From Candidatus Aenigmatarchaeota archaeon (GTDB taxonomy: Archaea > Aenigmatarchaeota > Aenigmatarchaeia > QMZP01): a DNA stretch of 64,000 nucleotides. The notes under the pieces are model-generated. The model did no database searches and was not told where the DNA came from. It saw only the letters and a list, made by a program, of their open reading frames with translations. Below are positions 47,269-57,164 of the stretch, piece by piece. The DNA is taken from contig JAPLVB010000048.1 of NCBI GenBank assembly GCA_026397335.1, forward strand, positions 136 to 64,135, written 5' to 3'. The position numbers were made by a program, and so were the translations under genes. The first letter of the stretch is position 1; every line of letters starts with the position of its first letter.

Positions 47269-48009
47269 CTAGAACTTCTCCAACCACTTCACAGTCAGCC
47301 CAATAACCTCATCTACCTTCCCCGTGAAGAAGTGGTTCCCGCCTTCTATGATTTCCAGCTTGGAGCCCTTAGGAAGGAGCTTGATGGCCTCCCTGGAATC
47401 CTGGACCGGGACAATGTCATCCGCGTCCCCATGGATTATCATGACAGGCTTCTTGACCGCGGAAAGGATTTTCTCCCTGTCAACGCCTTTCCTCTCGTTA
47501 ACGTACAGCCTTTCTATCTTATGCTCCACGCCCCTGGCGTTCTTTATCATGGCAAATCCCTTTTTATCCAGCTGTTCCTTCACCTCTTTCGTGGAGTATA
47601 TGGAAGGGACCTTTGCAGTGGTCACGGGAGCCCACAGTACGAGCGTGTAGATGTCCTTGTCATACGAGAGGATGGATATAAGGCCTCCGAGACTCGAGCC
47701 CACCAGTGCGATTTCTGTATATCCTTTCCCGCGCATGAACAATATTGCGCTCCTGAGATCATCCACTTCCTTGGCGACAGTTATGGTGTCCGGGTCGCTC
47801 TCCCCGCATCCCGAGAAATCGAACCTCAGGACGGCTATCCCTATGGCCTCAAGTCGTTGTGCCAGCTTGGGGATTTTCTCGTGAGAGCCTGTCTTGTCGC
47901 TCGTGAAGCCGTGTGCTATAATCACCGCTTTCTTTGTAGGCCTTTCGGGTGTGTGCAGAATACCTACGAGGTTCAATCCCCTCGAGTTCCGGAAAGTCAC
48001 TCTTTCCAT
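47269..48009 (-). CDS. Alpha/beta-fold hydrolase
   Basis: GSSLGG nucleophile elbow (GxSxG) with downstream Asp/His candidates. Confidence 0.75.
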   Translation of the reverse strand: MERVTFRNSRGLNLVGILHTPERPTKKAVIIAHGFTSDKTGSHEKIPKLAQRLEAIGIAVLRFDFSGCGESDPDTITVAKEVDDLRSAILFMRGKGYTEIALVGSSLGGLISILSYDKDIYTLVLWAPVTTAKVPSIYSTKEVKEQLDKKGFAMIKNARGVEHKIERLYVNERKGVDREKILSAVKKPVMIIHGDADDIVPVQDSREAIKLLPKGSKLEIIEGGNHFFTGKVDEVIGLTVKWLEKF

Positions 48010-48012
48010 GCT

Positions 48013-48288
48013 TCACTTCCTAGCCAGCAAAATCTCAACCTCCTGGAGAGAAGCTCCGTCCACGAAAATCTCCTTGTGACTGCTCTGCAAGCCGCGGACT
48101 ATCCGGACATCCCTTCTCAGGATTTTTATGAGATTCTTTACAATCTCCTGGTTGGCCTTCCCGCCTTCCGGGGGGCTTTTTGTGGTGACTGTTATCTCGT
48201 CTTTCCCGAGCTTTACTGAAAATCTGCCGGAGCCAGGCCTAGCTTTGATTTCCAGGATTACCCCGTTCTGTACCTGCCTTATTGTCAT
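48013..48288 (-). CDS. DUF167/YggU-family protein
   Basis: Family pattern (...KARPGS...V.APP.GKAN..I...I...). Confidence 0.65.
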   Translation of the reverse strand: MTIRQVQNGVILEIKARPGSGRFSVKLGKDEITVTTKSPPEGGKANQEIVKNLIKILRRDVRIVRGLQSSHKEIFVDGASLQEVEILLARK

Positions 48289-48821
48289 TTCAACCTCTTG
48301 AGAACTTCCCTGTCCAGCTGGATGTGGTCACACTCTATATCCACCAGCGCTTTGAAAATCTCCCTCAGTCTGGGTTCTTTTGCCTCTCCAAGAAACTTCC
48401 CGTAATGTTTGACGGCGCTGGTCTCCCTTTCCAGAGACTCGTTTACAGAGTTCTTGTCAATAGCTGTGCAGAGCTTTGGGTCAAAATCTATGTCAGGCTT
48501 GGGAGCTTTTAGTATCCTCGCGTGCAGGCTGGCATGCTCCTTCTCTATGTTGGAGAGGGTCTTGAACATCCCCTGTATGAAAGGGTCTTTTGACACTTTG
48601 GAAACGCACAGGTAAAAGGAGGCGTTGCTTATTTCCAGTTTAAGCGCTTCTTCCATGTTCTTCCTTGACTTTGGAGAAAGCTGTACATCATCCTCATACT
48701 TCCAGTCCTCTGCCGGGATTATATACTCCTGGTGCGCTCCGCAGAACGGGCAGTTGCTGGGCCTTTCATATCCTATGTAAGGCTCCGCGCATATCTTACA
48801 TCTCCACACTTTGGTTTGCAT
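48285..48821 (-). CDS. Rubrerythrin-family ferritin-like protein with an N-terminal rubredoxin-like Cys4 (reverse rubrerythrin arrangement)
   Basis: CKIC...CPFC followed by ExxH di-iron motifs (EKEHASLH, ETSAVKHY, ECDHIQL). Start set at MQTKVW (48821). Confidence 0.6.
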   Translation of the reverse strand: MQTKVWRCKICAEPYIGYERPSNCPFCGAHQEYIIPAEDWKYEDDVQLSPKSRKNMEEALKLEISNASFYLCVSKVSKDPFIQGMFKTLSNIEKEHASLHARILKAPKPDIDFDPKLCTAIDKNSVNESLERETSAVKHYGKFLGEAKEPRLREIFKALVDIECDHIQLDREVLKRLK

Positions 48822-48901
48822 AACATCACCTGATTTTAGAGTGCTCATAATACAGAGCAGCAAAACAATATTATGATACAAACTCATAATATAAATGTGA
48901 T

Positions 48902-49150
48902 TTGATGGCCATAGAGGAAGAGTTATCAAAGAGGATGAAGTCCCTGCCGGACATTGTAGTGGCCCTGGTATGGGCAGGGATATTCACAGGAGCAGGCTTC
49001 CTTTTCGTGTTTTTCGCGAAAGCTCTCTACACACTACCAGGCTCGTTTGACCTTCCCTGGCTCATGATTTTTGCGGTCGTGTTTTTCGCGATTATAGTCA
49101 GAAAGAGGATAAAGATAATACGGCAGGACACAAAGCCTGCACTGTCGTGA
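48902..49150 (+). CDS. Hypothetical small membrane protein (2 TM)
   Basis: Hydrophobic profile only. Confidence 0.3.
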   Translation: MMAIEEELSKRMKSLPDIVVALVWAGIFTGAGFLFVFFAKALYTLPGSFDLPWLMIFAVVFFAIIVRKRIKIIRQDTKPALS

Positions 49151-49189
49151 TTTCTGGAAAGGATTCGCATTTCAATTATTTTTGGCTGT

Positions 49190-49750
49190 TTAGCCAGAAG
49201 CATGCTTTGCCGGCTTCGCTCTCTTTTTCTTCCTGGATTTTGGCTTGCTTTGTGTTGCCGGCTTTGGAATCGCCTTAAGCCTTTTGCCGCAGTTGGAGCA
49301 GAACATGTTGGCTGGCGGGTTTTCCGTGTTGCAGCCTGGGCATATTAATATCTTTACAACACCCCTGGCTTCAGAAGGCTCAGAAGGCAGTACAGGTTCC
49401 TGGGCTTTTGGCTGTATTGGTATTGCTGGCTTGGGTTCAGGCTTGGGTTGTTCCACAGGGATTTTTGGAGGGTCAGCAAGGGTTTCGGGAGGCCTGAGCT
49501 GGCTGACAACATTCTGCTTGAGCTGATCTATCTGCCTGGATTCGATTGGAGGAAGCTTCTCGGGAGTTCCCTCAAGAAGCTTCTTCTTCCCGTAAAATCC
49601 GCCTATAGTTGAGAAAAGAAGCCCTGCAACCATAAGCCCGAATCCTGTCGGACCATATGACATAAAGGCAATCATATAAAGCCCTACGAAAATAAGAACA
49701 AGACCGATTGCATACATCCCTATTACTTTCATGAATCTTCCTGCGGCCAT
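49190..49750 (-). CDS. Hypothetical membrane protein with a Pro-rich linker and a C-terminal zinc ribbon
   Basis: 2 TM segments, PEPKP repeats, and CPGC...CSNC. Confidence 0.4.
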   Translation of the reverse strand: MAAGRFMKVIGMYAIGLVLIFVGLYMIAFMSYGPTGFGLMVAGLLFSTIGGFYGKKKLLEGTPEKLPPIESRQIDQLKQNVVSQLRPPETLADPPKIPVEQPKPEPKPAIPIQPKAQEPVLPSEPSEARGVVKILICPGCNTENPPANMFCSNCGKRLKAIPKPATQSKPKSRKKKRAKPAKHASG

Positions 49751-49885
49751 AATATATTTATCATAAAGCCCGAATATAAATCAGATGGTTAAAACGGGGG
49801 AAATGGCAGGGAAACATTCGGCAAAACCCGAAACAAAGCGAAAGCGTTAAATATAAAGGATACATTCAAATTTTAATGGAGAGCC

Positions 49886-50431
49886 ATGCCAGAGGAAAAA
49901 ATCACGCTGGACAGGAAGACCTTCAGGAGCCTGGCTTCTGACACGAGAATCTCGATACTCAAGAGCCTGGACGTGAGGAGGAAGATGCTCACGGAGCTCG
50001 CCAAGGAGATGGGCATGTCCCCTTCCACAGTGAAGGAGCACATGGAAAGCCTGAGGAAGGCTGGTCTCGTGCAGCTCAAGGATGACGGGCACAAATGGAA
50101 GTATTATGAGCTCACCAGGGACGGGAAGAACATTCTCCATCCTGGGGATACGAAAATCTGGGTTATACTCTCACTGTCCGGAATGGCATTACTTGTAACA
50201 GCGTATGACATGCTCACGGGCTCGCTCATGTCTGCGGCTTCACAGCTCAAATCAGGCGCGCCTGATGCTTTGAGGGAAGTAGGCGGCGCAGCAGCTCCTA
50301 TGGCCTCTAGCGCGCCTGTCCAGCAGATCCCATACTTTAATATAGTAGGTATGGTGCTATTTGCCGGAATATTCGCACTGACACTCGGTTATTACCTTGG
50401 CACAAGAAAATCCTGGAGTCTGGATTTCTAG
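49886..50431 (+). CDS. ArsR-family winged-helix regulator with a C-terminal membrane segment
   Basis: ISILKSL...LTELAKEMGMSPSTVKEHMESLRKAGLV, then a TM helix. Confidence 0.6.
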   Translation: MPEEKITLDRKTFRSLASDTRISILKSLDVRRKMLTELAKEMGMSPSTVKEHMESLRKAGLVQLKDDGHKWKYYELTRDGKNILHPGDTKIWVILSLSGMALLVTAYDMLTGSLMSAASQLKSGAPDALREVGGAAAPMASSAPVQQIPYFNIVGMVLFAGIFALTLGYYLGTRKSWSLDF

Positions 50432-50593
50432 AAGAAAGATGGAAGCTGAAACACGCTGGCTAAGTATTTCCACCCTCACCCGGTTTTCGGGATTTTTATG
50501 GTATGGGGGTACTATTACTTCCGGAAAGCGTGCTTATTTGCTTACGAACGGGGTTCCATAACCCCTTAAAAAATTAACTATCATCTATCCTGT

Positions 50594-51454
50594 ATGGACA
50601 AATGCGAGATGAAAAGTCCTCCAGTTCTTTACAGGATACCAGGTGTGGTAAGCCAGGCAGCCGATGCGATTTATCAGCATTATGGACAGGGTTTGGAAGG
50701 AATAGAGCAGGCAACCATTCCCGAATTGAAGGAGCTGAAAGGGGTCGGAGACCAAAGTGCAAGGTGCATACATGCATTTTTTCATGAGCCTTCCTATGAG
50801 CTGTGGTATAATGACAATTTAAGACCCGTGTATAACAGGAAATCAGAGTATGAGGTTCTGGGTACAGTTCTTGGCAGGAGGGTAAGGACAATACTTTCAC
50901 TCAAGCGACTGCCCGTGGGCACAATAAAGGATTTGAGCCTCAGCGAGCTGGAAAAAATCCATGTAGAATACATTAAACGCAGGAAAGTGAAGAAGGAAAA
51001 AATAAGCCCCAAAGAGGCGAGAAAAATCCACGATTATTTTCACTTGACGGGATTCGAGTTCCACACAAGGCCCAGAGGGGCTGGAAGGCAAAAGGTCAAG
51101 GACAGCCTGCCGGAATTCAGGCCGAAGTTCCCGGAGGAAATTCTGAGGAAGGTGGTAAGCGTCATTTCAGGGAAAGAGGTGGATGACTGGAGAAATTCCC
51201 TTGAAGAAAAGTACGGGGATTTTGTTCATTTTGAGAGGTTTGTGCTTTACCTTAACCAGAAAGCAAGACCTGATGAAACGACTTCGGCGCTTCCTAGGAT
51301 TTTTTCAGACCTCCGGCATTATGCATACCGGACATTTGACAGGGAAAATGAAATTGAAAACAAGTTCTATAAGGATTTATCAGAAAAGGAAATATTGGAT
51401 GATAGCAGATACAAAAGTATGCTGGAAGAACTGAGACTCAAATGGCCGATTTAA
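50594..51454 (+). CDS. Hypothetical protein with a helix-hairpin-helix motif
   Basis: LKELKGVGDQSARCI. Confidence 0.4.
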   Translation: MDKCEMKSPPVLYRIPGVVSQAADAIYQHYGQGLEGIEQATIPELKELKGVGDQSARCIHAFFHEPSYELWYNDNLRPVYNRKSEYEVLGTVLGRRVRTILSLKRLPVGTIKDLSLSELEKIHVEYIKRRKVKKEKISPKEARKIHDYFHLTGFEFHTRPRGAGRQKVKDSLPEFRPKFPEEILRKVVSVISGKEVDDWRNSLEEKYGDFVHFERFVLYLNQKARPDETTSALPRIFSDLRHYAYRTFDRENEIENKFYKDLSEKEILDDSRYKSMLEELRLKWPI

Positions 51455-51476
51455 GTGGCGGCTTCCAAAGATAATT

Positions 51477-51905
51477 ATGGACCGCACAGACACTGTCCTT
51501 CTCGCAATAGCATCCGGCCTTGTTATAGTGGTGATAGCGGTTTCCTTCTCACCTCCTGCTTTCTCGCGGGAGATTACCAAAGAGCTGTGCGAGGACTCGG
51601 ACGGGGTTTGGAACGAGTGCGGGTCCCTATGCACAGGAGAGCCCCCGGGAACAATGTGCGCTGATGTGTGCGTGCCTCTATGCGAGTGCAAGTCCAACCT
51701 TCAGTGTCCGCCAGGTTTCTACTGCAAGACTTCCGGAGCTGTTCCTGGAGAGACCGGAACATGCGAGCCATTCCTGGCAAAGAGATGCGAGTTTAATGAG
51801 GACTGCCCCCAGCCAAGGTGCCTGGGGATGCATGCTGTCTGCCAGGGCGGGGAGTGCAGGATTGTGAGCGAGCAGGGCGCGCTTTCTAGGTGTGGGAACC
51901 CTTAA
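51477..51905 (+). CDS. Membrane-anchored or secreted cysteine-rich small protein with more than 16 Cys in the ectodomain
   Basis: N-terminal TM/signal segment followed by CEDSDGVWNECGSLCTGEPPGTMCADVCVPLCEC... Confidence 0.45.
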   Translation: MDRTDTVLLAIASGLVIVVIAVSFSPPAFSREITKELCEDSDGVWNECGSLCTGEPPGTMCADVCVPLCECKSNLQCPPGFYCKTSGAVPGETGTCEPFLAKRCEFNEDCPQPRCLGMHAVCQGGECRIVSEQGALSRCGNP

Positions 51906-52213
51906 AACCCTTTGTATCAACTTTAATTCTAGGTGTGGTCATGGGAGAATGGGTAAAATATCCTATTTTCATAAAATTCGAGCATAAATATGGAAGCCGA
52001 AAGGCACAGCAAATATTTGACAGCCTGGAAAGATGGTATTCCCCCAGAGGAGGGTTTAATAGATTTTCATATGACTGGTTTAAAATACAATTAGAAGATA
52101 TAAGAGATGACGGGATTAAAGCAAAAATAATAACGGAATTCATGAGCGAGGATGAAATAATGGAGGCTTTTAGGGAAAAGGCAGAGCTTTTGGAAAAGCA
52201 CAAAATCAGGTGA
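51890..52213 (+). CDS. Hypothetical protein
   Basis: ORF only. Confidence 0.3.
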   Translation: MWEPLKPFVSTLILGVVMGEWVKYPIFIKFEHKYGSRKAQQIFDSLERWYSPRGGFNRFSYDWFKIQLEDIRDDGIKAKIITEFMSEDEIMEAFREKAELLEKHKIR

Positions 52214-52875
52214 TTGGTATGCGCTTCAAGAAATGGATTGCTGCGGGATCTATTGCGTTGGCGGCAGCGGGGATTGGCCAAGAGATAATCAGCAAGAAGA
52301 GCGCTCATGAACTGGATGAGGCAAGGCTGGAGAGGGAAAAGGCCGAGCAGGATTATGATTACATAAAGAGCAAAATGGAAGAGTCAGAAGTAATGGCTGG
52401 CATTCTCAGGGATATCTATGAAGACATCAAAAAAAGCAGCCTGGGCAAGTCGGATTCGGACCCTTTCGAGCGCAACCCTGCTGAGTGGAAAACACTGCCC
52501 ATACCTGAAGGTTCATACAGGGAGGGGTCGGGAAAGAGCTACAAGGTAATTGTTGAAAAACCATTTTTTGTCAGGGAAGACGGGGAGATTTGCATATGCT
52601 TGAAGCAGGACGGATATTTTGATGCGATAGCAGTAAGCACCAAGGCAGGAGTTTCTTTTGGCCTCCCGGGAAAAGAGATTGGTGTGATAATCTCCCCGGA
52701 GGAGCTATTTGATTTGCTTGAAGGACGGCGCGTGCCTTTTAGTGTGATGGGAATAGAACAAGGAGTTTATGGTCTCAAGGTAAAAGGTTCTTACAGGGGA
52801 GAATTTTCAAATCCGTTTATTTCTGATGACAAGCCTCTGAAAGAATACAGGGATGACAGCCTCAACATAGGGTAA
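52210..52875 (+). CDS. Hypothetical N-terminally anchored protein
   Basis: N-terminal TM segment; ORF only. Confidence 0.35.
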   Translation: MIGMRFKKWIAAGSIALAAAGIGQEIISKKSAHELDEARLEREKAEQDYDYIKSKMEESEVMAGILRDIYEDIKKSSLGKSDSDPFERNPAEWKTLPIPEGSYREGSGKSYKVIVEKPFFVREDGEICICLKQDGYFDAIAVSTKAGVSFGLPGKEIGVIISPEELFDLLEGRRVPFSVMGIEQGVYGLKVKGSYRGEFSNPFISDDKPLKEYRDDSLNIG

Positions 52876-52887
52876 ATAAAGATATAA

Positions 52888-53541
52888 TTATTTCCTTCTC
52901 CTGGAATATGTGCACGGCCCGTTAAGGGGGCACCTACTGCAAAGGGGCTTGTTTTTGCAAATCTCTTTCCCCAGCCTGACAATAAGGGCGTGATACTCCT
53001 TGTACACGTCCACATCCTTGGGAAGGTTCTTCTCGAAGAAAAGCCGGGTTTTATCGTATTCCCATTTCTCCTTTATCATGCCAAACCTTGTGAATATCCT
53101 GCGGGTGTAGGCGTCCACAACGAAAAACTTCTTGTTGGCTGCGTAAAGGAGGATTGAGTCAGCGGTTTCAGGTCCAATACCATGGATGAGAAGCAGGTCC
53201 TTCCTGTCCACTCCGCGCAGGAAGCTTTTCTCACTGTCAAACTGTGAAACAAACCCAGCAAGGGCCTTGAGCCTGTGGGCTTTCTGGGTGTAGTAGCCAG
53301 AGGAGCGGATGAAGTTCTTGAGGACATGGTTCTTGACCTTCAGGGTTTGTTGGGGGGATATTACTCCAGCGGATTTGAGGCTGGAGAGAGCTTTCTCCAC
53401 ATTAGACCAGTTGGTGTTCTGGGTTAGCACAGCTCCTGCACACACCTCCCACTCAGGAGGGGAGAATCCGTTCTGCATGGGCCACCATCCCTGGGGCCCG
53501 AATTCTTTCAGAAGCCGGCGGTAGACCTGAACGGGTTTCAT
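52888..53541 (-). CDS. HhH-GPD DNA glycosylase (endonuclease III-like) with a C-terminal 4Fe-4S cluster loop
   Basis: LLLIHGIGPETADSILLYA (HhH-GPD) and C-x6-C-x2-C-x5-C (CKNKPLCSRCPLNGPC). Confidence 0.75.
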   Translation of the reverse strand: MKPVQVYRRLLKEFGPQGWWPMQNGFSPPEWEVCAGAVLTQNTNWSNVEKALSSLKSAGVISPQQTLKVKNHVLKNFIRSSGYYTQKAHRLKALAGFVSQFDSEKSFLRGVDRKDLLLIHGIGPETADSILLYAANKKFFVVDAYTRRIFTRFGMIKEKWEYDKTRLFFEKNLPKDVDVYKEYHALIVRLGKEICKNKPLCSRCPLNGPCTYSRRRK

Positions 53542-53593
53542 AAATATTGTTTGGTCTAGGAAGTTAAAAAGAATTAAACCCAATTATCTTTGA

Positions 53594-54328
53594 TTGAATA
53601 TGCTTTACCTTGTAGGCCTCGGGATATGGGATGAGAAGGACATCTCCCTGAAGGGGATAGAAGCCTGCCGTCGCTCCAGTCAGGTTTACGCTGAACTTTA
53701 CACAGCCCGCTGGGGAGGCTCGCTCAAGAACCTGGAGAAGATTATAGGAAAGAATATACACCTTCTTGAAAGGACAGATTTGGAAGACGACTCCTCGAAG
53801 CTTGTCAGGAAATCCAAATTCTCGGATATAGCTATCCTTTTCCCAGGAGACCCGCTTTCCGCAACCACCCATCTCGCGCTTGTTTCCGAGGCGAAGGAAT
53901 CCAAAATTCCTGTTAAGGTTATCCACTCCTCCTCAATCTTCACCGCAGTGGCTGAATGCGGTCTCTCCCTCTATAACTTCGGGAGAACCGTGAGCATACC
54001 AACTCCACAGAAGAATTTCCAGCCCAGCTCTTTTGCGGATTCCATCCTGGAGAACAGAAGGCTTGGAATGCACACTCTTGTCCTTCTTGACATAAGCATG
54101 CCCGTGGCACAGGGAATAGACATCCTTCTGGGGATAGAGAAATCCTCTAGGAAGAAACTAATCTCGGACCAGAAGATAGTTGCGGCCTCTGGTCTGGGCT
54201 CTGACAACCAGAAAATCCTTTACAAAAGTGCGGGAGAGCTTCTTGTTTCCGGGTTGAGTCCTCCAGCGGTCCTGATAATACCGGGCAAGATGCACTTCAC
54301 GGAGAAGGAGTTCTTGGATAAGCTCTAA
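53594..54328 (+). CDS. dph5: Diphthine synthase (diphthamide biosynthesis methyltransferase)
   Basis: Tetrapyrrole-methylase-fold N-terminus MLYLVGLGIWDEKDISLKGIEA..VYAELYT and overall Dph5 length. Confidence 0.8.
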   Translation: MNMLYLVGLGIWDEKDISLKGIEACRRSSQVYAELYTARWGGSLKNLEKIIGKNIHLLERTDLEDDSSKLVRKSKFSDIAILFPGDPLSATTHLALVSEAKESKIPVKVIHSSSIFTAVAECGLSLYNFGRTVSIPTPQKNFQPSSFADSILENRRLGMHTLVLLDISMPVAQGIDILLGIEKSSRKKLISDQKIVAASGLGSDNQKILYKSAGELLVSGLSPPAVLIIPGKMHFTEKEFLDKL

Positions 54329-55998
54329 AATTTCGGGATTTTGAGCATCCAGCCTGCTTCGATATGGTCAGGATTGTTCTCAAGTGTAGGATATTTTCCT
54401 TTGTTCTCTTCAACAATTTTCTTTACAGCGTTTCCAATATTAGTGTCCAGCTTGAGATTTTTCGCTATATTCCATAAACAGTCGCCTTTGTTCACATTAT
54501 AAATATTTTCTTTATTGGCAGCAGGCCTTATTTCTGCAACTATGTTCGGCAAACTTTCATTTTTGGCTTCAAGCTGCATTTCTTTATTGGCCGGTAAATT
54601 CAAAGCATCAAAAGGATTTTGCGGGCTGTATACTGCAGTATATGCTGGTTTTTTCAATCCCACGATTTTCATGGCTTTATCGCTTAATTTGTGGTTAAGA
54701 TAGGTATCCGCTGCAACTATCATTAATGCCGCCGGTATCAAGAGTGGCGCCAATTGCTTGTAATACTGCCATTTAGATTTCCGTTTTCTGACCCAATAGC
54801 CTTTTCTTTCAGTTACAATCCCTGCCGTTCCATGAAGATTAACGGCATACCCGGCCCAATCATCCAGATTTTTGAATTGATGGTGGCTGCCATTCTCTTT
54901 CATCACTTCTTCATACCATGTCTTTAATTGGGATTCGTCAAAATCAACTTTTGTTTCAATCTTTTCATAATACTTGGTAAGAAGCCTGCCGGCCTTTTTA
55001 GGTTTAATACCTTTGACAGACATGATACTCTTTGCCAGGATTTCTGTTGGGTTATATCTATCGTCCCCGCCGTTTTCAAACATCAATGCCTCGTCCTGCA
55101 GGGCTATTTCATTACCTTCCGTATTCATGGTTCCCGAAGGATATGCCGCTCCGCCGCAACCCTCCATTTCACTTTCATAAAGCTCATCAAGCATCAAACT
55201 ATACTTGTAGGAAAATTCTTCCACCGTCTCATACTCTTTATTCTTCACAGCCTTGTACCATTTCCTGAGCTGCTTTTCATCGACATGTTTGCCAACTTCT
55301 CCAAGAAGCTTGGCAGCAGTCTTGTATCCTACACCTTTTATATTCATGAAATATTTGGCCGCGGTCTCCGTGTCCTCCCCTTTCAGGGAATTTTTCATGT
55401 CCTCACTTAGGATGTATTTGTCAGTGTGATGTTTGCGTCTGGTTTTTTCAGGCACCAGCTCCAGAATCTCCTCATCCAATTTTTCAGGAGCAAGCTCAAG
55501 CAGCTCTTCTTCAAAAGGCACCTTATCTTCGAAAGCATACTCGGGAGCAAGCTCAAGCAGCTCTTCCTCAAAAGGCACCCTGTCTTCGAAAGGAAAGTCC
55601 AGAATTTTTTCTTTGGCTGAGCCTTTATGTTCAAGAAGCAGAGGCTTTGACAATGAATAATCTGTCACCACAAGCGGTTTCTCCATTTTTTTGCCGTTAT
55701 TCCCGAATAAATAGTTGGCAATGGCTGAATTGTAAAAAGTCTTTCCGTTAGAAGGGATTGGGATTTCTGTTTTTTTAACCAAGCATCCTTTAGTCCGATC
55801 TGTCATTTTTTGTATGTCGTAATCAAGCCCGTCCATAATCCTTTGTATTTCATCGCGAGGAGCATCACTGAAGTTAGCATACTTGCCCTTTCTTGGAAAC
55901 CAATTGCGATAAATACCCATTCCCCATTCTGCAGCGCTGCTAAATACTCCTCTATCTGCACGATTATCGCGATATCCTAATTCTTCCATATTTGTCAC
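54325..55998 (-). CDS. LysM-domain protein containing internal tandem acidic repeats
   Basis: C-terminal LysM (GDCLWNIAKNLKLDTNIG...AGWMLKIP), one TM helix, and a repeated FEDxVPFEEELLELAPE unit. Confidence 0.55.
   Translation of the reverse strand: MTNMEELGYRDNRADRGVFSSAAEWGMGIYRNWFPRKGKYANFSDAPRDEIQRIMDGLDYDIQKMTDRTKGCLVKKTEIPIPSNGKTFYNSAIANYLFGNNGKKMEKPLVVTDYSLSKPLLLEHKGSAKEKILDFPFEDRVPFEEELLELAPEYAFEDKVPFEEELLELAPEKLDEEILELVPEKTRRKHHTDKYILSEDMKNSLKGEDTETAAKYFMNIKGVGYKTAAKLLGEVGKHVDEKQLRKWYKAVKNKEYETVEEFSYKYSLMLDELYESEMEGCGGAAYPSGTMNTEGNEIALQDEALMFENGGDDRYNPTEILAKSIMSVKGIKPKKAGRLLTKYYEKIETKVDFDESQLKTWYEEVMKENGSHHQFKNLDDWAGYAVNLHGTAGIVTERKGYWVRKRKSKWQYYKQLAPLLIPAALMIVAADTYLNHKLSDKAMKIVGLKKPAYTAVYSPQNPFDALNLPANKEMQLEAKNESLPNIVAEIRPAANKENIYNVNKGDCLWNIAKNLKLDTNIGNAVKKIVEENKGKYPTLENNPDHIEAGWMLKIPKF
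55488..55601. repeat. Two tandem copies of a 57-nt unit inside the LysM gene
   Basis: ggagcaagctcaagcagctcttc.tcaaaaggcacc.t.tcttcgaaag occurs twice in direct succession. Confidence 0.8.
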
Positions 55999-56188
55999 TC
56001 TTTAGTCATAAATATAATATATTTGCAGTTAAGTATTTAAGCTTTTGCCCTGTACTTTAAAAAATTCTGGTCATATAAGGGCAACATTCCGGCCGGAAAA
56101 CAGGAACCTTTAAATAAGTTCGCCACCATTACTTAAACGGAAATTCAGGTCCGGGTTTTTTGTTTAAACCTAGCTACATGGAGGAATC

Positions 56189-56497
56189 ATGCCAGAAAAT
56201 TTTTGGAAAAGACTAAAGGAGTATACAAAAAAAACAAAGGAAATAAGCATTGCCCCAGAAGAAAGGTCAGATTATCTTGCATTAGAGAAAAAATATGGAG
56301 ATTTTGTAAACCAATTAAATGAAGCTGCAAGAATAGTGAGAAACAACGGGAGTCATCCGGATAATTTAAAGAAATTGTATGAAGCAAAAAATGAATATAT
56401 GAGTTTTGTGACAATATTAGAACAAACAATGGGCAAAAAAGAAGCCACAAAAATCCGCATAAACCCAAAATATATAATAAATGATTCTATGGATTGA
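56189..56497 (+). CDS. Hypothetical helical protein
   Basis: ORF only. Confidence 0.3.
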   Translation: MPENFWKRLKEYTKKTKEISIAPEERSDYLALEKKYGDFVNQLNEAARIVRNNGSHPDNLKKLYEAKNEYMSFVTILEQTMGKKEATKIRINPKYIINDSMD

Positions 56498-56506
56498 AAA
56501 AAAGAT

Positions 56507-56707
56507 TTATTCAGCCTTCTTCGCGGCAGGCTTCTTTGATTCCTTCTGGAAGGTATGTGTCCACTTAACGCTCTTGCCTTCCCTGCCGAGCTTCCAGTTA
56601 CCCTGGCACTTTGAGTTGCAGAAGTAGAATATCTTCCCGTCATTCCTGACAAACATCTTACCCCTGGCTTCAGGTGTCTTTCCCCCGCAAAACGAACACT
56701 TTGCCAT
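56507..56707 (-). CDS. rpl24e: Ribosomal protein L24e
   Basis: CSFCGGK...FCNSKC zinc-binding N-terminus with the L24e length. Confidence 0.85.
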   Translation of the reverse strand: MAKCSFCGGKTPEARGKMFVRNDGKIFYFCNSKCQGNWKLGREGKSVKWTHTFQKESKKPAAKKAE

Positions 56708-56717
56708 AACTTCCCTC

Positions 56718-56918
56718 TCACCTTCGGCTCATGGCAGCCACGCTGTCCATTGTAGTGTCCTTTAGGAGTATCACATCTCCCCTCTTTATTGGGCCTACAA
56801 CATTCCTTGTAAGAATCTTCCCCTTGTCCCTTCCGTCAAGGACCTTGCACCTGACCCTGCACACTCCCTTGACTCCTAACCTTTCCATAACCTGGATAAT
56901 TTCTGCTGCATCAGGCAT
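56718..56918 (-). CDS. rps28e: Ribosomal protein S28e
   Basis: AEIIQV..R.G..G....RCK.L.GRDKG.ILTRNV.GP...GD.L pattern. Confidence 0.85.
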   Translation of the reverse strand: MPDAAEIIQVMERLGVKGVCRVRCKVLDGRDKGKILTRNVVGPIKRGDVILLKDTTMDSVAAMSRR

Positions 56919-56959
56919 GCTTTCACCTTTTGACTTGCAATATATATGACAATACCAAT

Positions 56960-56980
56960 GAAGTAGGCTACGCCTACTTC
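56960..56980. repeat. Repeat copy R16: GAAGTAGGC-TAC-GCCTACTTC
   Basis: Seen directly; 41 nt upstream of the S28e ATG on the minus strand. Confidence 0.75.
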
Positions 56981-57046
56981 GCGTAAGGCTTTCGCCTCAC
57001 AACACTTAATTATTTGAAATTTTAACTTTTCGACTTAACGGAGAAG

Positions 57047-57104
57047 GATTCTGGAGTGAAGGCGAATTTGAGTTGGAAGTCGGCTATGCCGACTTCGTTC
57101 TTTC
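57047..57104. repeat. Nested repeat copy R14: outer GAAGGCG/CGCCTTC enclosing GAAGTCGGC-TAT-GCCGACTTC
   Basis: Seen directly; lies between the S28e and L7Ae genes. Confidence 0.8.
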
Positions 57105-57164
57105 GAACGCCTTCTTTCTAAGTTCCTGCGCCTACTTTAAATAAGATTTGTGTTTTGCAAATCC

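Noticed and set aside
47324-48219. 295-aa plus-strand ORF spanning the alpha/beta-hydrolase and YggU genes
   Set aside because: Antisense to two genes with clear family signatures (GSSLGG; DUF167 pattern).
54928-55660. Plus-strand ORFs of 64-160 aa inside the LysM-protein gene
   Set aside because: Antisense shadows over the tandem-repeat region.
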